Source: the human T2T-CHM13v2.0 reference genome, Homo sapiens
Assembly: GCF_009914755.1 (NCBI RefSeq)
Contig: NC_060928.1
Length of the DNA: 64,000 nucleotides
Direction: 5' to 3' (one strand)
Part shown: positions 55,966-64,000 of the stretch, in pieces
How the letters are laid out: each line of letters starts with the position of its first letter
Numbering within the stretch: position 1 is the first letter of the stretch
Notes under the pieces: model-generated
What the model was told of the DNA's origin: nothing
The model's database searches: none
What the model saw: only the letters and a program-made list of their open reading frames with translations
Position numbers and translations under genes: made by a program

Positions 55966-56655
55966 TTTCTCCCCTTCCTTTCCCTTATTGAAAGCAGCAG
56001 AGCAGACTGTCTAAATATCTCTGCACACTTCAACCAACACAGAAAAAGAACTTGAACAAAACTGAACATTGATTCCCCCAATTTAAAAAAAAATGCATTT
56101 GATTTGGGGCTCAGACCTCAGATATTGTTGAACCAAAAATTAAACACCAAAACCAGTGTGGTTTTGAGGAAGGCCACATGGGTTAGGAATCAGGACATGC
56201 AAATGCTAGTGTCAGCTCCACCGCAAGTAACTATGATGCTTTCTTCTCTGAGCATCAGCTTCCTCATCCAAGACAAGAGCTGGTTGAACTTGGTGGCCTC
56301 CAGGGACCACTGAGATCTAACTTTGAGCTCACTCAATGCCTTGAACATCTGATTAGAAACAGAACTGGAAGATCAAATTGATCTCCGAATTAAGACAAGA
56401 TTCTGAGGTTAAACAAACAACAAAACAAAAGAGATCTAATAACCTTCTTGGGAGTTGCAGAGAATCTATGTAGGAAGATAAGAGGTGGAGTCTTTGAAGG
56501 AGATAGACATTACAGTCTCATTTCCTCTTTGTTCTTTGCTAGATCTGTCACCCAAAGTAAATCATTCTCTGTTTAAACTTGTTTCCTTACCTATCAAATG
56601 AAAATGATAACCTTCTTTTATAGACTTGTATTCAAATTAAAGAATATGTATGGCC

Positions 56656-56961
<306 letters not shown>

Positions 56962-57400
56962 TTACAATTTTCAGTGTACTCTTTATCCTCCAAGAGAAAA
57001 AATAAAATCATTAATCACAGGCCTCCAAGAAAGGTTAAACTCTCCTCCTTTTTGCTCCCATCACTTAGGGTCCACCCTGTGCATCATCAGGACATTCACC
57101 TTGCTGCCTCCTATGTAAACATTTCCTCTATTTTGAGCTCCCTCAGGGCAGATACTTTCATATTCACATTTATATCTAAATAGGGCCTAGAATTGCTCCC
57201 TGTGCATAGTAGTTTTTAATGAATGTTGGTTGTTGAAACTAATAAAAAAGAAAATAAAAACAATGAGATTGCATTTTTATCTAGTAAATTAGTCAAGATT
57301 TCCAAAAACATACACATTTAATCCAGGCAAGTGCACATGAGCTGATGGAAGTTTTCTTGAAATCCATTTAGTAAATATGTTTCAAGACTTTAAAAAGTGT

Positions 57401-60022
<2,622 letters not shown>

Positions 60023-60473
60023 AAAAAGTGTCTATACACTCCCATCCAGTAACTCCACTCGTAGGACTTCATCCAATGGAGATAATAGGTTATTTGCCAT
60101 GTAATAAAAGCAATGCATGGGGAAAAAATTACTGTAAGTAAAAACACCAAAATATTAATAGTGGCCGTTTCTCAGTAGAGGGATTAAAGGTGATTTTCAT
60201 TCTCTATTTAATTCCTTTCTGTATTTTCCAAAATTTATTTAGTGATCACGTAAAATTTTTCCAGCAGGATTATATAGAACTTATTCATTACATGGAAGAT
60301 TTAAAAAGTTTAAATGTAATAATTTAAACTTATACTAATTCTGAATATGTTTAAATAATTCTGAATATATTTAAAGCATGTTAAAGTTTCTCAAATGCCT
60401 AAACTTTTAAAATTTATCCCAATACCCAATATAGTCCCTTGCATGTTGGAGGCTCTCTGTAAATTCATATATA

Positions 60474-60813
60474 CAGTTGGCCCTTCATATCAATGGGTTC
60501 CACATCTGTGGATTCAATCAAACATAAGTCAAAAATATTTGAAAAAAAGTGAATCTTTGTGTCTGTACTGAGCACGTACAGATTTCTTTTTTCATGTCAT
60601 TATTCACTCTTCAATACAGTATGACAATTTCCATAGCATTTACATTATATTAGATATTATAAATAATCTAGAGATGATTTCAAGTATACAGGAGGATGTA
60701 CATACATTATATGCAAATAGTGCACCACCTTACATAAGGGACTTGCATCCGTGGATTCTGTCACCCTTGGGGATTCCTGGAACCAATCCCCTACAGATAC
60801 TGAGGAATGACTA
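60474..60813 (-). mobile_element. MER2 (TcMar-Tigger)
   Basis: CAGTTGGCCCTTCATATCAATGGGTTCC ... GGAACCAATCCCCTACAGATACTGAGGAATGACTA; TA flanks. Confidence 0.88.
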
Positions 60814-63491
60814 TACAATTTTACATGAGTGTATCTACTTGGGTCTTTAATTTCTCTTTCTTTATTCTGTACATTTAGAAGTGTCACTTATATTTTTCTT
60901 CCAGTCATTTGATTTCCAGAGACATGCAAGAGTCAGCAGATTTATTTTTCTCCAAAACAGGTTAATGCTCCACTTAACTGCTGTCCAGATAGTTTTTATT
61001 AAAAAGTAGCACAGTTCTCCCTGTGAGATTTCAACATCACATGCTAGGAAGAACTGAGAAGTTAACTAGGTTATAAGGATTTGTTAGATTGTCTAATCAT
61101 TGCTGTGCTGTTACTCAGGTAAACACAAATGAAGTTCTTAAGTAAAAAATCATGATTGTGACTCTTTTTTGTTAATGGAATTCTTTTAGGTTAAAAAAAT
61201 GCTGTAATTCTTTTTTTCTGTAGAAAAGCCACTGTTAACTTGGTCAATTTTATTTTCACTGCATGAAAATTTTATCTTTCAAGAGAATTAGCCATCATTG
61301 CATCTTTTAAATAGCATTAGCCATTATTGCATCTTTTTAAAGTTTTTAAACTTTTTCCCTGTCTCTTCAAGGCTTCCTGCTTAGGTTTGTAACATCAAAT
61401 ACCAAACTTCTTGTATTTTCATGAGATTTCCACTATATTCTTCCTCTCCTCTGGCCTCAACATGATAAAGTCTTCCCTCCTACATTAAAAATATGTCCTT
61501 CCCTATTATTCCTTTAAGCTCTGAATCTGTTTCTCTCATTCCCTGAAGTATTAATGTTTTGAAAAGATAGTTCACACTCAGCTGAACAAATTTAAGTTCT
61601 TTAACCTTCTCTTACTCCAATTTCTTATTTCCACTCTTGCTGAAATATTTTCTTGAAAGTCACCAATCAACTCTTATAACCACAGCAATGGCTCATTTCT
61701 TTAATGTCCTCAACTTCTCTACATTTAATGTTACTTGTTCTTCTATCTTACTGAAACTCACCTCTGCTCACTTAGACTCAAAGGGTAAGAATGTCAATGA
61801 TCAAGGAACTGGGATTTCACCTTTGACTCAAAATTCTCTACCAAGCAATAGTTTGAAAGTGGCTACAATTTTGTAAAACATTTCCACAAGTTAAACATAG
61901 GTATGTTTTTACTGTAACGTGAAGAATAAAACATGTGTCTATGGAATTCTGTCTTCATACATTGTTATCAACCTCAACTCATTCTACTCCTTCTGTGGTA
62001 ACTATTTTTAATAACTTGGTATTTTTCAGCCCTTTTTCTATGTAGCCATGTTAATATACTGGTATGTATACAAAAATAGAATTTTTACAAACATAAATAT
62101 ATACCTACAGTTTTAGGTAACAAATGAGATCATGTATGTATTTTTTCTTAAACCTGTTTATTGCTTTAAAACTAAAAAGAAGAGATACTAAGTAAGGGTA
62201 AGAAGGAAAATAGCATGAAGAGTGGGGAGACACGAAGATGGGCAGATGGCTTGCGTTTATGCTTAAAATACCTTATGAATACATAGGCATATTTCATGTC
62301 CATGCCACACAAAGCTTCTTAAATTTAGCAGTGGAAGATTAAGTGTAGGATTTTGGATTTTGATTTCTTTTTTATAGTGTTTTTGTTGCTAATATTAAAA
62401 ATGAAACCACAGACAGCTTGGTTTGAGGGGCATTGACTAAATTGTCTTTCCATTTTTATTAGGCAATTGACAAAAAGGACTTATTTCTTTGTGACTTTAT
62501 TATAATGGTTGGCTTTGATTTGCAAAAAGTGTGAAGTCGAAGATAGCTTTAGACAAGGAATAGAAAGAAGGTATCTTAATTTTAGTATCCTTTTCACATT
62601 CTGTCTGTGCTGTCCAAGGTGATTAGATTTTACAGCCCACTCATGCTGTAAATATCTTTACATGTGGTAAGTCTTACCCTAGCACTTTAGTAACATGCCT
62701 CAAACAAAGTATTAAAAGCTTTGAACAAGATGGCATCTAAGTATGATGAGGTTTACTAGCTTTTTAAAAACATGAAACACCTTTTGAAGTGATTTTCAGA
62801 AGAAGAAAGATTTGTACTACACAGGAGAGGATTTCAGTGCTGAGTTTAAAAAGAAACTCAGGTTGGAAAGACTTTAGAGGATTTTTCTATGAACTAAGAG
62901 ATTAGAGATTGATATCTTGTCAAGCACTTTGTAGAAAAAAGGAAAGGTTATAGAAAGGCAGATAATAGACTGGGCAAGGGGATTAAAAGATGAGGCTAAG
63001 CAACATTTCTTTTATTATACACATAGTCATTAACAAAGAACTAGAGTTCTTGTGAATTATGTTACATTGAAAAAAATTAACAGTTGATTAAGATAAGATC
63101 ATTACCTATTACCTGTAGAGATCAGAAAAAAGATTTAAATAAAACATGTTACAAAAAATCCAAAATTTAAAAATATTTTGGCATTTAGAGACTATTAAAA
63201 AAGAGATAAAGGATACTTTAATACATGTTTAATGAAGGGTTGAGGAAATTGGTATCTTTTCCTAAGGACTTTAAGACTTATGATGGCCTAACCCTCAGAT
63301 GTGTGCAGCGAAAATATTACTTCAGCAGGACAGCATTGACTGATATTTTTCTCTCCTTCATTCTCATAAATGTGGCTAGAGAGACCTTAGTAATTGATAC
63401 CCTCAACATCGACAGTTCTCATTTTACTTATTAATGTTGATCATCATACATACCAGGAGCATTAAAAATGCAATAAACAATTGATTTGAGC

Positions 63492-63572
63492 TTTTTAAAT
63501 AATTTCGACTTTTATTTTACATAAAGAGGATACATATGCAGGTTGTTACATGGGGGTATTGCATGATGCTGT
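63492..63572 (-). mobile_element. Short old primate L1 3'-end stub
   Basis: ACTTTTATTTTA..GATACATATGCAGGTTGTTACATGGG..ATTGCATGATGCTG. Confidence 0.65.
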
Positions 63573-64000
63573 GTTGTCTGCAAGGTTTTACAAAACAAAT
63601 ACTTGGTGGCTGTTTATTTCTTCCAGCATAAGTCCCCACCTGCTGACCTGCTGCCTGCTATCTTAACACGAATTCTTCATCTGAATGGATGAGCTTTTCA
63701 CAGGTACGGTTACATAAATAAGGAATGTGATACACATTTTTTTATTTAAAATGAAAGATAATATAATTTAAACCAAGAAGCTTTACATTTACTAATCATG
63801 TACTGCTGCTATTCAAATGCCTAAATACAGAGAGGTATCTTTTAAAACTCTAGACTCTACCCTTTTATTGTCTCACCCACTCCCATCCAAGATTCTTTAT
63901 TCCATCCATGCAGGGCTTCATGCATGTGAGTGTACACATCCATTCTCCTCCAGGTGATTTTGACATGAATGCAGCCCATCAACACAACCAAATGAAATCT

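Overview
AT-rich, CpG-poor primate genomic DNA (human or great ape, judged from AluY/AluS/AluJ and a young L1PA2-type LINE). I see no host protein-coding exon, RNA gene or CpG island. Nearly every long ORF is L1 ORF2 debris or a reading frame through an Alu, LTR or L2. The window is a layered transposon record: 8 Alus (all on the + strand), L1s from L1M-age to L1PA2, solo ERV1/ERVL/MaLR LTRs, DNA-transposon MITEs (MADE1, MER20, MER82, MER2), MIR and L2. I found no evidence for a new multi-gene biological system. The most notable items are: a solo ERV1 LTR carrying IRF, NF-kB, AP-1 and CCAAT motifs with an internal duplication; three 5'-inverted (twin-primed) L1s of very different ages; a 16-nt candidate 3' micro-transduction and an uninterrupted 442-codon RT frame in the youngest L1; coincident cDNA end-points in independent L1s; a two-step 181-bp triplication; an Alu with three target-site copies; and several templated-insertion repair scars. 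Subfamily names come from recalled consensus sequences and need RepeatMasker/Dfam confirmation. Boundaries of old elements are approximate.
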